Shown piece after piece: positions 46,001 to 55,843 of a stretch of 64,000 nt of DNA. The notes under the pieces are model-generated. The model had not been told where the DNA came from. It made no database searches and saw only the letters and a program-made list of their open reading frames with translations. The translations under genes and the position numbers were made by a program. The number at the start of each line of letters is the position of its first letter. The first letter of the stretch is position 1. The stretch comes from Candidatus Iainarchaeum sp. (GTDB lineage: Archaea; Iainarchaeota; Iainarchaeia; Iainarchaeales; JAFGBZ01), in the NCBI GenBank assembly GCA_043817715.1, contig JBDRGO010000007.1:15499-79498 (forward strand), in the 5' to 3' direction.

Positions 46001-46980
46001 TCCCTGTGCAATTCAGAGTATACCATGTTTGCTTCACAAGAATCAAAATAAAACGAATCAAGAAAATGAATTCTATTAAAAGAAGGCATTAAATTCTTAG
46101 AACGCAATTCACCAAAATTAGAATTAAAATAATTCAAATACTGCCTGCAATTCCCTTTTGAATTAATCTGAATTTCATCGCTTAAAAGCAGCCAAACATA
46201 AGAATCAACACCAGAATTATGCTCAATAAAAGCATTTTTGTTCTCCAAAGATTTTTCAAGCAAATCCAAATACTTTTCATTCAAATCCTCTAATCTATCC
46301 AACCTGCAGTAAAGCAATGCATTGCTGAATTCCTTTTCAGTTAAGTCCTCTCTTCCATAACTTAACTCAATTTCTTTTAAACAAAAATCATTATGAATTA
46401 CAACCTCAATTCCGTCAGAAATCAAATCATCAATCATTTTCCCCTCTTCATTAATCAACCGAATATCAGCCAAACGCAGGTTAAGGGAATACTCTTCATT
46501 CAATAATTCATCAGAATAATCAGAAATATCAACACTAAAAGTAATTGTCGGCTGAACAAAAGAACTATTTGGATTAAATTCAGGATTATTAGGGTCATTA
46601 AAACCACCACTAAAATCCTCAACACTAAAAGAAACAAAATTCTTTCCAACACCATCCAAAACAAGTCGTTCATGAATTGAATAAGAAGGCAACCACTTAC
46701 TCAAAGGCAAAGTGAAAATAACTTCATCTTCAACGCTTTCATTTGAAACAAATAAATCAATCCTTTCAGGCAAATCAGGATACAAATTAATTGAAGCAAA
46801 ATCAGATTCAGTAATAGGGTCATCTTCAGCCAACCCAACTAAATCAAAAACCCCTCCAACAATGCCTTCAATAAATTCAGCTCCTTCCTTTAAAGGCAAA
46901 CCAAAAGGATCCTCAGGAGCTGCAAAAACAGAAATAAACAAAAAACAAAAGAAAAAAAACAAAAAAAACTTTTTATACAT
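43081..46980 (-). CDS. Large secreted protein with C-terminal HExxH zincin-like domain
   Basis: Signal peptide MYKKFFLFFFFCFLFISVFA; long acidic helical region; AHELSH followed by a downstream Glu (MTEIISF). Confidence 0.65.
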   Translation of the reverse strand: MYKKFFLFFFFCFLFISVFAAPEDPFGLPLKEGAEFIEGIVGGVFDLVGLAEDDPITESDFASINLYPDLPERIDLFVSNESVEDEVIFTLPLSKWLPSYSIHERLVLDGVGKNFVSFSVEDFSGGFNDPNNPEFNPNSSFVQPTITFSVDISDYSDELLNEEYSLNLRLADIRLINEEGKMIDDLISDGIEVVIHNDFCLKEIELSYGREDLTEKEFSNALLYCRLDRLEDLNEKYLDLLEKSLENKNAFIEHNSGVDSYVWLLLSDEIQINSKGNCRQYLNYFNSNFGELRSKNLMPSFNRIHFLDSFYFDSCEANMVYSELHREKKRTLDLITELNELDEFVVLDFLNKFDLVFDSRLKHIDLFEASGLISLAFVSPRETLPKKLEENKKIAERFQEEELLESEKLKEMHLSEFMDLENIFGEEGEMNDLFELKYNFLKTRYDYLENRYSWKNIDSFIEAEYAFNEKLFLISNLFDSEEEINQFNEINKRMHLNQILLEVAKKEIQTENELFKGALGELDEQLDDRTSFAKLFYNGYYGLKWIIREEENQEEVTEILNREEIIHEQQRQFNILVHLLDDDLENLLNQGDITEEDIEEKGYIGSARYFLQSSSIVQNNKTADNSTLKKFNSIQEIINEHNRAPNELELIELDFAEAKDYISESVYPVAKAKLLELEKKIELFNEENEIILPEVSSLSLKVKSELHVLEFVELSSHRWEAFFDVRYWFIGEFAFRGVFSLVGVVGKSAIKTSLGTRLAEFVSGKYAQASVRALSNIGRFLEKHPFIEFSLRGTGRLIKLSIDKKNAFKAVLFKRFPNTATVIYTKITPSSVFNFRVALSEARKDLLTNWFRYEISALRNLSKTYSRVPKEILTDFAESTAKKIVVGGVEKDAVVAGSEKYLIYSFNELDDAFLINLNSVTPKQLSKISKTLDSLEDLIEFVSKESPEEAAILIKELQFQKAVINETKGVVCKGSTLEACSIDEVETLFLSESIQILKEEGVVFGSKKLYLKFPGSLSLRRTLPAILPDQLQRLGSFWKQSMARSGKQNVFRGLSSEGLVPVLTSELNDPFAGKIYFYVCRSKPSIGGFTFQSIKGGRFDSIAISLDSAFSWNKLSLFRSGKDLVSNSINISAHELSHIRWFALSTSERAELINLFSKNRSLIKYLKKFQTGYEKDYFTYSFTKLDLYQANPSKFMPPLMSEGKIVEINGKMIDADTLMTEIISFWVYGNVRVSSFSSEFVKKAYSKGLFIQDEKIMKEFAELILASMRTKYVPIQLTERELQTAITEYFKKRPIIYPN

Positions 46981-47039
46981 GAAAAATAAAAGAAAAAGGA
47001 AAATAAATACTTTACTAAAAGCATTTATTTCCAATGAAA

Positions 47040-48269
47040 TTACTTTCCGTCTAAAGGTACTTCTTCTCCAGTTGATTCTGGTTCTTTTAATTTACCTGCA
47101 TCTGCTTTTAATGCATCAGCTTTATCGGTTTTTTCCCAGGTAAAATCAGGATCATTCCTTCCAAAGTGGCCATATGCAGCGGTTTTTTGATAAATTGGTC
47201 TCAATAAATCCAAATGCTTAACTATTTCAGCTGGTTTTAAACCAAAGTGTTTTCTTACAAGTTCCTCAATTTTTTCTTCTGCAACTCTGTTTGTTCCAAA
47301 AGAATGAACCATTACACTTACTGGATCAGCAACACCAATTGCATAAGCTAATTGCACTTCACATTTATCCGCTAAACCCGCAGCAACAACATTCTTCGCA
47401 ATATATCTTGCCATATAAGTTGCACTTCTATCAACCTTTGAAGGGTCTTTTCCTGAAAAGCATCCTCCTCCATGAGAACCATGCCCTCCATAAGTATCAA
47501 CAATTATTTTCCTTCCAGTTAAACCTGAATCAGCTACTGGCCCGCCAACAACAAATCTTCCAGTTGGATTAACAAAGAATTTTGTTTTATCATCAATCCA
47601 ATCACCACAAACTGGTTTAATTACTTTTTCAATTACATCTTTTCGTAATTCCTCTAAAGAAATTTTATCTGAATGATGCGCTGAAACAACAATTGCATCT
47701 GCTCTAACTGGTTTTCCTCCTTGATACTCAATTGTTACCTGTGATTTTCCATCAGGACGCAAATAATCCAATTCTTTTTTCTTTCGAACATCAGTTAATT
47801 TCATTGTTAATTTATGCGCTAACATAATTGGCAAAGGCATTAATTCAGGAGTTTCATTTGAAGCATAACCAAACATCATTCCCTGATCTCCTGCCCCCTG
47901 TTCTTCTCCTGCTTTTCCTTCAGCACCTAAAGCATTAACTCCTTGAGCAATATCAGGGCTTTGTTCTGACAAAGCAACAATAACACCGCAGCCATCAGCA
48001 TCAAAACCAAATTCAGGGTCATCATAACCAATTCCACGAATTGTTTCACGAACAACTTTCTGAATATCAATATATGTTGAAGTAGTTACTTCACCAGTAA
48101 CAAAAATAATTCCTGTTTTAGTAACACATTCAATTCCAGACCTTGCTTTAGGATCATCCTTAAGCATTGCATCTAAAAGAGCGTCACTTACTTGGTCGCA
48201 AACTTTGTCTGGGTGACCAGGGGTTACACTCTCACTAGTAAAATAATATTTTCCATTTTTTTTAACCAT
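47040..48269 (-). CDS. metK: S-adenosylmethionine synthetase, bacterial/eukaryote type
   Basis: [66 protein letters not shown]. Confidence 0.96.
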   Translation of the reverse strand: MVKKNGKYYFTSESVTPGHPDKVCDQVSDALLDAMLKDDPKARSGIECVTKTGIIFVTGEVTTSTYIDIQKVVRETIRGIGYDDPEFGFDADGCGVIVALSEQSPDIAQGVNALGAEGKAGEEQGAGDQGMMFGYASNETPELMPLPIMLAHKLTMKLTDVRKKKELDYLRPDGKSQVTIEYQGGKPVRADAIVVSAHHSDKISLEELRKDVIEKVIKPVCGDWIDDKTKFFVNPTGRFVVGGPVADSGLTGRKIIVDTYGGHGSHGGGCFSGKDPSKVDRSATYMARYIAKNVVAAGLADKCEVQLAYAIGVADPVSVMVHSFGTNRVAEEKIEELVRKHFGLKPAEIVKHLDLLRPIYQKTAAYGHFGRNDPDFTWEKTDKADALKADAGKLKEPESTGEEVPLDGK

Positions 48270-48360
48270 TCAATCAACTCCTAAAAAAGAAAATAAAAGA
48301 ACATAAGGTTTAAGAATATTTCTTTAATTAAAATATTCAAATAAGAATAATGGTTTTTGT

Positions 48361-48921
48361 ATGCTTCCAGAATTAAGTGAAATTAAAAGCAAAAGAAAAG
48401 AATTAGATTTAACTCAAAATGATTTAAGTGAATTAAGCAAAGTTTCACAATCGCTTATTGCTAAAATTGAAAACAAACAAGTAATTCCTTCTTATGATAA
48501 TGCAAAAAAATTATTTGATGTATTATTCGGAAATGAAAAAGAATTAACTGCAAAAGAATTAATGAGCAAAAAAATTGTTTCAATTGATTCAGAAAAAACT
48601 TTATTGAATGTAATTGAATTAATGGAAAAAAAATCTGTTTCTCAATTGCCTGTGATTGAGTCAGGAAAAAGCATTGGTTCAATTACTGAAAGAAATGCAT
48701 TTGATTTAATTCAAGAAAGCATTAAACCAGAAAAAATTCTTGAAAAAAAAGTTAAAACAGTAATGGATAAACCTTTTCCTGAACTTTCAATAAATTCAGG
48801 AATTGAAAGAATTTCAAATGCATTAAGAAACAGCCCAGCAGTATTAATTATAAATGAGAATAAAGTAACAGGAATAATAAGCAAAAGCGATTTAATGAAA
48901 AGGATTACTGGAAGGAAATGA
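48361..48921 (+). CDS. XRE-HTH + CBS-pair transcriptional regulator
   Basis: LTQNDLSELSKVSQSLIAKIE...PSY; two CBS repeats (SQLPVI, GIISKSDL). Confidence 0.9.
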   Translation: MLPELSEIKSKRKELDLTQNDLSELSKVSQSLIAKIENKQVIPSYDNAKKLFDVLFGNEKELTAKELMSKKIVSIDSEKTLLNVIELMEKKSVSQLPVIESGKSIGSITERNAFDLIQESIKPEKILEKKVKTVMDKPFPELSINSGIERISNALRNSPAVLIINENKVTGIISKSDLMKRITGRK

Positions 48922-49018
48922 AAAAAAACAAAAAAATAAGATTAAAAGAAGAGCCAAAATTAATCTGAAAACAATTAAAGTAAAAAAAGGATTAAAATAA
49001 TTAAAGCAGAGGGAAAAA

Positions 49019-49615
49019 ATGGGCGGGCGGCATAAACCTGGCAACAGAAAACGGCCTGAAAAAAGCGGCAATACATACAAACTAGGCTGCAGACGAGATA
49101 GAAAAAAAAGACAAGAAAATTACAGAAACGGAAATTACACTGGCAGTATAACAGGTTTTGCCGAAAAGATTTCTCGCGTTGAGTTTGATAGAATCCAAGA
49201 GACAAGGGGAAGAATAAAAAAAAGAAGGAATTCTCTAATTCCGGCTTATATTAAAGAACCAAAGTATAACAACCTGATAGATTTGATTTCAGCCGAAAGA
49301 GAAAGGCTGAAAATTGAAATCAGGTATCTGAAAAGAAGGGGCGATGTAAAAAAGCATGTCGGACTGTTTAGCAAGGGTCCAACCCCTAATGCCTACGGAT
49401 CGGTTCTGAACAGCATGAAAACAAGAAAAAGAGAAATAAATGAAATATGTAAACCGCTTGAAGCGATTGAAAAAGAATTTACTCAACTCCAAAAACAACA
49501 AACTGCAGTAACTGAGAATAAAAAAAATGAGTGGGTAGAAAAAATAGTGTTTGCAATAAGGGAATTGGACAGCTATCTAAATAAATATTTTCCAAGCATA
49601 AAAATAGAGAGATAA
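49019..49615 (+). CDS. Hypothetical basic protein
   Basis: 198-aa ORF with an Arg/Lys-rich N-terminus. Confidence 0.55.
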   Translation: MGGRHKPGNRKRPEKSGNTYKLGCRRDRKKRQENYRNGNYTGSITGFAEKISRVEFDRIQETRGRIKKRRNSLIPAYIKEPKYNNLIDLISAERERLKIEIRYLKRRGDVKKHVGLFSKGPTPNAYGSVLNSMKTRKREINEICKPLEAIEKEFTQLQKQQTAVTENKKNEWVEKIVFAIRELDSYLNKYFPSIKIER

Positions 49616-49670
49616 ACAAGAGAAACCTAACCAATCCAACACATTTATAAACTTTCAGTGAGCAATACAT

Positions 49671-49685
49671 TACTATCAAGTAGTA
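49671..49685. promoter_or_regulatory. TACTA-N5-TAGTA palindrome, putative operator
   Basis: Downstream of tttataaa at 49644; same motif at 52982-52996. Confidence 0.5.
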
Positions 49686-49703
49686 ACTTTTACACGGGGG
49701 TTA

Positions 49704-52154
49704 ATGAACATGAATAATTGGTTAAAGTCAGGAATTTTTTTATTTTTATTAATTTTATTCAGCGCAGGCGTTTTTTCTGACCCTATTATTTATGCATTCA
49801 GTCCGGAAAACGGCTCTTATTATGAGGTAGGAGAATTGGTTAATTTTAAGGCATATGTTGCCGACCAAAAGTATGGTAATGGACAGGCCGCTTTTGCAAA
49901 AAACTGCGGTTATCCAAATAATCCGACAAATGAATGCTTTACCTGGTTTTCAAGCCTGGATGGCTTTTTAGGTTATGGAGTTGGCATTAACAAAGATTTA
50001 ACCGAAGGAACCCATACAATTACTTTTACTGCAACAAATCCAGATAATGAATCAACCAGCATGCAGATTCTTATTTTCGTAGGAATTAACCCCTATAATT
50101 ATCCTCCTTCAATTAATCTCCCAACAACATGGGAAATTGATGAAAGCAAGGAATTTGAAACACTTGATTTATGGCAGTATGCAAATGATGCAGATGATGA
50201 CGATGATGATTTGGATTTCTGGATTGTAAGCGAAAGCAATACCAATACAGTGAACTGCCATATTCAATCAGGCAGATATCTTAAATGCTATCCTTACAAT
50301 GAAGGATTTAGTTATGTCAAAGTAAGGGTTGAAGACCCTGAAGGATTTTATGCTGAAGACACAGTTAAAATTGTTGTCAGTGATTCATTTTCAGGAACTA
50401 ATCTGGAATTAGTGCTTCCTGCAGAATGGGAAATGGACAAAGATGATTCAATCCAGTCAATTGATTTATGGGATTACACTGATTTTGACGGAGATTATGA
50501 TGATTTAGATTATGAAATTGACAGCGAAACAAATACAGCAGTTGCTGACTGCTATATTTCAGGAAAATACCTGAAATGCAATCCAAAGAAAAAAGGAACA
50601 AGCACAGTTTATGTTGATGTATCAGGAGACGGAGAAACTGATTCAGATTACGTGAAAATAACAGTTATAGACCAGGGAACTGGTTCAGGGAATTTGGAAT
50701 TAATCCTTCCAGAAGAATGGGAAATTTATGAAAATGAGCAGACTGATTCAATTGATTTATTGGATTACACTTATTATGACGGAGACGAAGCTGACTTGGA
50801 TTATGAAATCACAAGCGAATCAGGCACCTCAATAGTGGACTGCTATATTTCAGGAACTTACCTTAAATGCAATCCAAAGAAAAAAGGAACAAGCAAAGTT
50901 TATGTAAAAGTTGATGATGGATATGAAACAGATTCAGATTATGTGAATGTAACTGTGATTGACGGCGGAACAAGCACCACAGGATGCAGTAACCTTGAAA
51001 TCAATACTTTTACAGTTTCATTAAATGAAGGGACTTATAAAATTTCTGAATTTGAACTGAAAAACAATTCAGGCAAAAAATTCTTTATTGATTCCATGGA
51101 AGCATATGATAGTTCAAGCTATTTTGATACAGCCAAATACAGCGCTCCGGATTATGTCAATGGAAACAATAAAGCCAAATTCAAAGTTAAAATTGAATCA
51201 AACGAAGTTTCAGGAAACAAAACAGGAACAGCTTATGTAAAGGTAAAAGGCCATTTTTCAGGGCAAAACTCATGCACTAAAACAGAAAGCTTTACAGTAA
51301 AAATAAATGATTTAGGCAGTTCAAATGGAAACAATGACTTTGATAATAACTTTAATTATAATTATGAATGGGACAGTTCATCAGTTGTTTTAGTAAGCCC
51401 GAAATCACTTGTATTAAATAAAGGGGAATCAGAAGGAGTTTCAATGCTTGTAAGGAATTTGACTGATTCAACCCAATGCTATGAAATAAGCTTTAATTCA
51501 GGCACAAAATACATTAAAACAGAAATTCAGGATATTGATGAATTCTGTTTGGATGAAGCAGAATACACTGAATTAAAATTAAGGGTTTTGGCTGAAACAG
51601 ATGCAGTGCCAGGATATTATTCCCCTACAATTGAGACAAAGTATCACGGAAAAACCGACAGGCAGTCAATCAGTGTTAAGGTTACAGCAGACAAGGCTCC
51701 CGCAGCAAAAGAAGAAGTTCTTTCATTAAGCGGGTTTACTTCAGAAATTGAATCATTTGAAGATGAAACAGAACTGGAATTCACTGTTGAAAACAAATCA
51801 GACGAAACAATTAATGATGTATTGATTTCAATTGAAGGCCTGCCTGAAAATGCAAGATTTGAACCAGTATTGATTTCATTCATCGGCGCAAAAAACGCAA
51901 GAACAGTTAAAGGAAAACTTTTACTGAAAGATGTTGCAGCAGGGGAATACAAAACAGTAATTAAAGTCCAGTCAGGAAATGAAATGACTGCAAAAGAAAT
52001 GGCATTAAAAGTGACAGAAAAAGCACAAGAAGAAAATGGCTTTATTTCAGGATTAATTGGATTAGGCTCAACAGCAGGAATAATCATTGGATTCATTATT
52101 CTGCTGGTTTTGGCAGTGGCAATAATTTATTATGCAATAAAACCACATAACTAG
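49704..52154 (+). CDS. Membrane-anchored surface protein with tandem acidic Ig/cadherin-like repeats
   Basis: Signal peptide; three LP-x-x-WE...DLW-x-Y...C...YLKC repeats; C-terminal TM helix. Confidence 0.8.
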   Translation: MNMNNWLKSGIFLFLLILFSAGVFSDPIIYAFSPENGSYYEVGELVNFKAYVADQKYGNGQAAFAKNCGYPNNPTNECFTWFSSLDGFLGYGVGINKDLTEGTHTITFTATNPDNESTSMQILIFVGINPYNYPPSINLPTTWEIDESKEFETLDLWQYANDADDDDDDLDFWIVSESNTNTVNCHIQSGRYLKCYPYNEGFSYVKVRVEDPEGFYAEDTVKIVVSDSFSGTNLELVLPAEWEMDKDDSIQSIDLWDYTDFDGDYDDLDYEIDSETNTAVADCYISGKYLKCNPKKKGTSTVYVDVSGDGETDSDYVKITVIDQGTGSGNLELILPEEWEIYENEQTDSIDLLDYTYYDGDEADLDYEITSESGTSIVDCYISGTYLKCNPKKKGTSKVYVKVDDGYETDSDYVNVTVIDGGTSTTGCSNLEINTFTVSLNEGTYKISEFELKNNSGKKFFIDSMEAYDSSSYFDTAKYSAPDYVNGNNKAKFKVKIESNEVSGNKTGTAYVKVKGHFSGQNSCTKTESFTVKINDLGSSNGNNDFDNNFNYNYEWDSSSVVLVSPKSLVLNKGESEGVSMLVRNLTDSTQCYEISFNSGTKYIKTEIQDIDEFCLDEAEYTELKLRVLAETDAVPGYYSPTIETKYHGKTDRQSISVKVTADKAPAAKEEVLSLSGFTSEIESFEDETELEFTVENKSDETINDVLISIEGLPENARFEPVLISFIGAKNARTVKGKLLLKDVAAGEYKTVIKVQSGNEMTAKEMALKVTEKAQEENGFISGLIGLGSTAGIIIGFIILLVLAVAIIYYAIKPHN

Positions 52155-52218
52155 GAAATTAAACAATCAAATAAATTTAAATATTCCAAAACAGTGTATA
52201 TCACTAAAGGGATGAAAA

Positions 52219-52908
52219 ATGGGCTATATTAAAGATAGAAGGTTAAGTCCGAATATAACAAAAAAACTAAGGGAAACCCATCAGGATTTTTCTAAACCAC
52301 ACCAAATAAACGGAAAATACCATTTAACACTCAGAGACAATCTCTCATTTACTCCAAGATTCGAGATAACTGATAGAACAGGAGTAAAACACATGGGAAG
52401 GGATATCGGGCATTTTACAAGAGGGCATGGAATGATTCCAGACCATTTAGTGGAGAAACTGTTTTTGCCTTCCTTAATGCATGTCGAAGAATATGAAAGA
52501 AGAATATTTAAAGGCGGATTGTTTGAGGAATACAAAAAACACCAAATAGATAAGTTTGAAAGCATTATTGGAAAAGAAGAAAAAGCAGAAATAGGCGGGC
52601 TAAAAAATCCAGCACACATTGAGGTCATTGCAAGCCCGGAAGTTGCAAGAAAAATGATTGAGGCAGGCTATGTTTTAAGCAGGACAACATACAACAGAAT
52701 AATGCCGGAAGCAAGAAGAATGACCAGAGGAAAAACACCTTCAATAAAGCAGTCACGTAAAGCATTAAAAAAACTTTTACAAATCCCAAAAAAGCCAACA
52801 AAAAAAGGAAAACCAATAAAGCGCTTAATTGAAGGAATAAAAAGAAGCCTAGGTCCAGACAGGGAAACCCCTGAACTGGTTTTACTCAAACCAGTAAGCC
52901 CTAAATAA
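52219..52908 (+). CDS. Hypothetical basic protein
   Basis: 229-aa ORF, no recognisable motif. Confidence 0.6.
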   Translation: MGYIKDRRLSPNITKKLRETHQDFSKPHQINGKYHLTLRDNLSFTPRFEITDRTGVKHMGRDIGHFTRGHGMIPDHLVEKLFLPSLMHVEEYERRIFKGGLFEEYKKHQIDKFESIIGKEEKAEIGGLKNPAHIEVIASPEVARKMIEAGYVLSRTTYNRIMPEARRMTRGKTPSIKQSRKALKKLLQIPKKPTKKGKPIKRLIEGIKRSLGPDRETPELVLLKPVSPK

Positions 52909-52981
52909 ATGGCTGATTTACGCCAAGAAGCCTAAATTCTGCCCTCCAAGGCAAAACAATAGCTTTAAATACTTAAACGCA

Positions 52982-52996
52982 TACTATTAATTAGTA
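52982..52996. promoter_or_regulatory. TACTA-N5-TAGTA palindrome, putative operator
   Basis: Downstream of tttaaata at 52964; same motif at 49671-49685. Confidence 0.5.
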
Positions 52997-53039
52997 GTAA
53001 CACTTTATTATCGTGAATAAGTTAACTTTGGGGGATTGG

Positions 53040-53888
53040 ATGCATAAGAATGGATTTTTGTTTGGAATAATTTTTCTTGTTTTGTTTAGCTTAAGCATTT
53101 TTGCATTTAATGTTTCAGGAATTCCTTCTGAAATAGAGTTCAATGAAAAGCCCGAAGTGCTGAGCTTTTATGTTGAAAATAATTCAGGATATGAAAATAA
53201 TTTAAGCATTGAAATTGCTTTTCCCGGAATGATTACTGCTTTAAACGCCCCGAGAAAAATCGGTTCAGGAGAAACAGAAAAAATTGTCTTCAGGCTAAAC
53301 CCTTCGAAGAATTTAATCAGATCGGTTTATTTGGGAAAAATAAAAATCAAGCTCGGAGATTTGGAAACAGAAAGGACAATTAAATTCAGGTTCAATGAAT
53401 TCAAAGGAAAGGCAATTAAGATTTCATTTGAAAAAAATGAAATTAATTTAAATGAATCAAATGAACTGAATGTTATTTTGGAAAACCAATATTTATTGGA
53501 TTCACAGGAAATTGAATTAGTGAAAGTTGAAAATCCGCCTTTCGGATGGAAGTTCAGTTTTGAAAAAACATCATTGGATTCACTGGAACAAAAAACAGTT
53601 CCATTAACAGTCAATGCAACCGGCGCATATTCAGGAACCATTATTCTGGTTTTTGAATCAAACGGAATTCAGGAAAAAAAAGAGCTGAATGTTATTTATG
53701 AACAGAAAGGAAATAATTCAGGAATTTTCGGATTGTTTGTTTTGCCTGAATTGGGCGAAATAAGCATGGGCGATTTATTGATTGATTTTATTTTAATTTT
53801 AATTGTTGCAGTTTTATTGATTTCGTTTATTTCAAAATTAACCCAGTTTCTTTATAGTAGAGATAAAAAAAATGGAGTGAAAAAATGA
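53040..53888 (+). CDS. Membrane-anchored Ig-like surface protein
   Basis: Signal peptide, beta-rich body, C-terminal TM and basic tail. Confidence 0.72.
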   Translation: MHKNGFLFGIIFLVLFSLSIFAFNVSGIPSEIEFNEKPEVLSFYVENNSGYENNLSIEIAFPGMITALNAPRKIGSGETEKIVFRLNPSKNLIRSVYLGKIKIKLGDLETERTIKFRFNEFKGKAIKISFEKNEINLNESNELNVILENQYLLDSQEIELVKVENPPFGWKFSFEKTSLDSLEQKTVPLTVNATGAYSGTIILVFESNGIQEKKELNVIYEQKGNNSGIFGLFVLPELGEISMGDLLIDFILILIVAVLLISFISKLTQFLYSRDKKNGVKK

Positions 53889-55843
53889 ATAAACTAAAAT
53901 TAAAAATGAATAAATTAAGCTTAATTCTGGTTATTGCAGGAGTGCTTTTAATTGTTCTTTCAGCAGGAGCCAATGCAGAATGCAATGGAACATGCGATTT
54001 AGTTAATTACATTTATGATTCAGACATAATCATTTCAGCCGAAGAAACAAGTTTGGGCTTAATGCCTGAAGGCGTAATTTCAACATTAATTTCAGTTAAA
54101 AATTCAGGAAATGAAATCAAATGCATGAAATTGTTTGCCGACCCGAATTATGTTGGATTGAAGGCAGTTTTGGCTGAAACAGATATTTGCGTTGCACCGA
54201 ACCAGGCAAGAACTTTCTCGCTTACAGTTACCGCACCAAAAGAAATTCCTTCCTATCCTGTAATTCATACAGTAAAGATTTTCGCAATGCAGGAAAGCAA
54301 GGTAATTGCAGAAAAAAAAGTATTAGTTGACATTGACGGAGACAAATGCTTTTCATTAAAACAAAGCTATTATAAGCCAGTTTTTGAATTAAACGGATAT
54401 TCTAAAGAAATTCCTTTTACAATCAAAAATTTATGCGAAAAAACACTTCGCCTGGAATTAAGCGCAGACAATGAAATGTTCATGCCTGAATTTGAAGAAA
54501 ATGAAATGATTCTGAACAGAAGCGAAACAAGAAGGACAAATTTAGTTATTCATATCAACGGCACAACTCCAGCAGGGGATTATGAAGCAATGGTTTACGG
54601 AAAAAGCAAGGACAGAAAAGTGCAGAGATATGCAAATTTTTCATTAACTGAAAACTTTCATAAAAAACAATTGAAAATTGAAGTATTGGATGAATTCACT
54701 GAAATGAAAAGAGGGGAAGAAAAATTAATCCGCTTTAAGGCAACAAATTTAATGAATGAAAAGCAGAAGATTTTCTTTATGGCAAATTTAACATTAGGAT
54801 ATGAATTTTTGCAGGAAAGCCATGAATTTGAAGCAAATGAATCACAGGTGTTTTACTTAAAAGTAAAGGCAAAGGAATTCAATGAAAACAAGCAGTACAA
54901 GGGAATATTATACGCTTACAACAGAAACGGGGAACAGGACGAAGATGATTTCTTTGTTGAAATAAATGCAGAGCATGATGTAACTGCAGAATTGCTTGAA
55001 GGAAATGCAAAGGCATTGATTTGTGCAATAAATGAAAAGGCAATTGCGGAACTGCTTGTTTCAAATTACGGGGACTTCAATGAAAAAATCGAGATAAAAA
55101 TAAATAATCCTGATTATAAAACAATTGAAGTCAAAGCAGCAGAAAACAAATTCACACTGGATGAAGACGAAAGCAGAAAAGTATTCATTGCAATTGCGCC
55201 AGGAACCGAAGCAGAATTAGGCGAGCATGAATTCACAGCAACAGTTTATGCATCAGGAAAATTTATAAAAAAATTCACCATTAACTATATTGTTGTTGAA
55301 GAAGAAAACACAGAATTGGAACAAGGAGTAATCCAGATAACCGGATTTCCGACAGAAGTTTCACTGGCGCAAGGCGAAGAAAAAGAAATGGTTTTCACCA
55401 TAACCAATACATCAAAAGAAAAAATAAAAGGAATAACTGCAGCAATGAAAGGACTGGGTTATGGAACCACTGCATCAGAAGAAAAAATTTCACTTGCAGC
55501 AGGGGAAACAAAGACAGTTAAACTGAATTTAAAGGCGGAAAAAAACGCCAAAATAATTTCATTCAATGCAGTAATTGAAATCAAATCAGATGAATTCATT
55601 GATTCAAAACCGGTTAAAGTAATTGTCCTTTCAAAAAAAGAAACCAAAGAAGAAGGCAATGAAGGCGCATTGGAAACAGCAATAGCCGGATTAATCGGGT
55701 TAGGAAGCTCCCTAGGCGGAGGGCTAATGATTTTAATATTAATCATAGCAATAATACTTATTATTTCACTACTTAAAAGTGATGAAACAAAATCAAACAA
55801 CAGGTGGATTGCCTATAAAAAAAGGAGAGGAATGTATGCATAA
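53885..55843 (+). CDS. Membrane-anchored Ig-like repeat surface protein
   Basis: Signal peptide; repeated V-x-N...L-x-x-x-E...A-x-x-G-x-Y units; C-terminal TM. Confidence 0.75.
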   Translation: MNKLKLKMNKLSLILVIAGVLLIVLSAGANAECNGTCDLVNYIYDSDIIISAEETSLGLMPEGVISTLISVKNSGNEIKCMKLFADPNYVGLKAVLAETDICVAPNQARTFSLTVTAPKEIPSYPVIHTVKIFAMQESKVIAEKKVLVDIDGDKCFSLKQSYYKPVFELNGYSKEIPFTIKNLCEKTLRLELSADNEMFMPEFEENEMILNRSETRRTNLVIHINGTTPAGDYEAMVYGKSKDRKVQRYANFSLTENFHKKQLKIEVLDEFTEMKRGEEKLIRFKATNLMNEKQKIFFMANLTLGYEFLQESHEFEANESQVFYLKVKAKEFNENKQYKGILYAYNRNGEQDEDDFFVEINAEHDVTAELLEGNAKALICAINEKAIAELLVSNYGDFNEKIEIKINNPDYKTIEVKAAENKFTLDEDESRKVFIAIAPGTEAELGEHEFTATVYASGKFIKKFTINYIVVEEENTELEQGVIQITGFPTEVSLAQGEEKEMVFTITNTSKEKIKGITAAMKGLGYGTTASEEKISLAAGETKTVKLNLKAEKNAKIISFNAVIEIKSDEFIDSKPVKVIVLSKKETKEEGNEGALETAIAGLIGLGSSLGGGLMILILIIAIILIISLLKSDETKSNNRWIAYKKRRGMYA

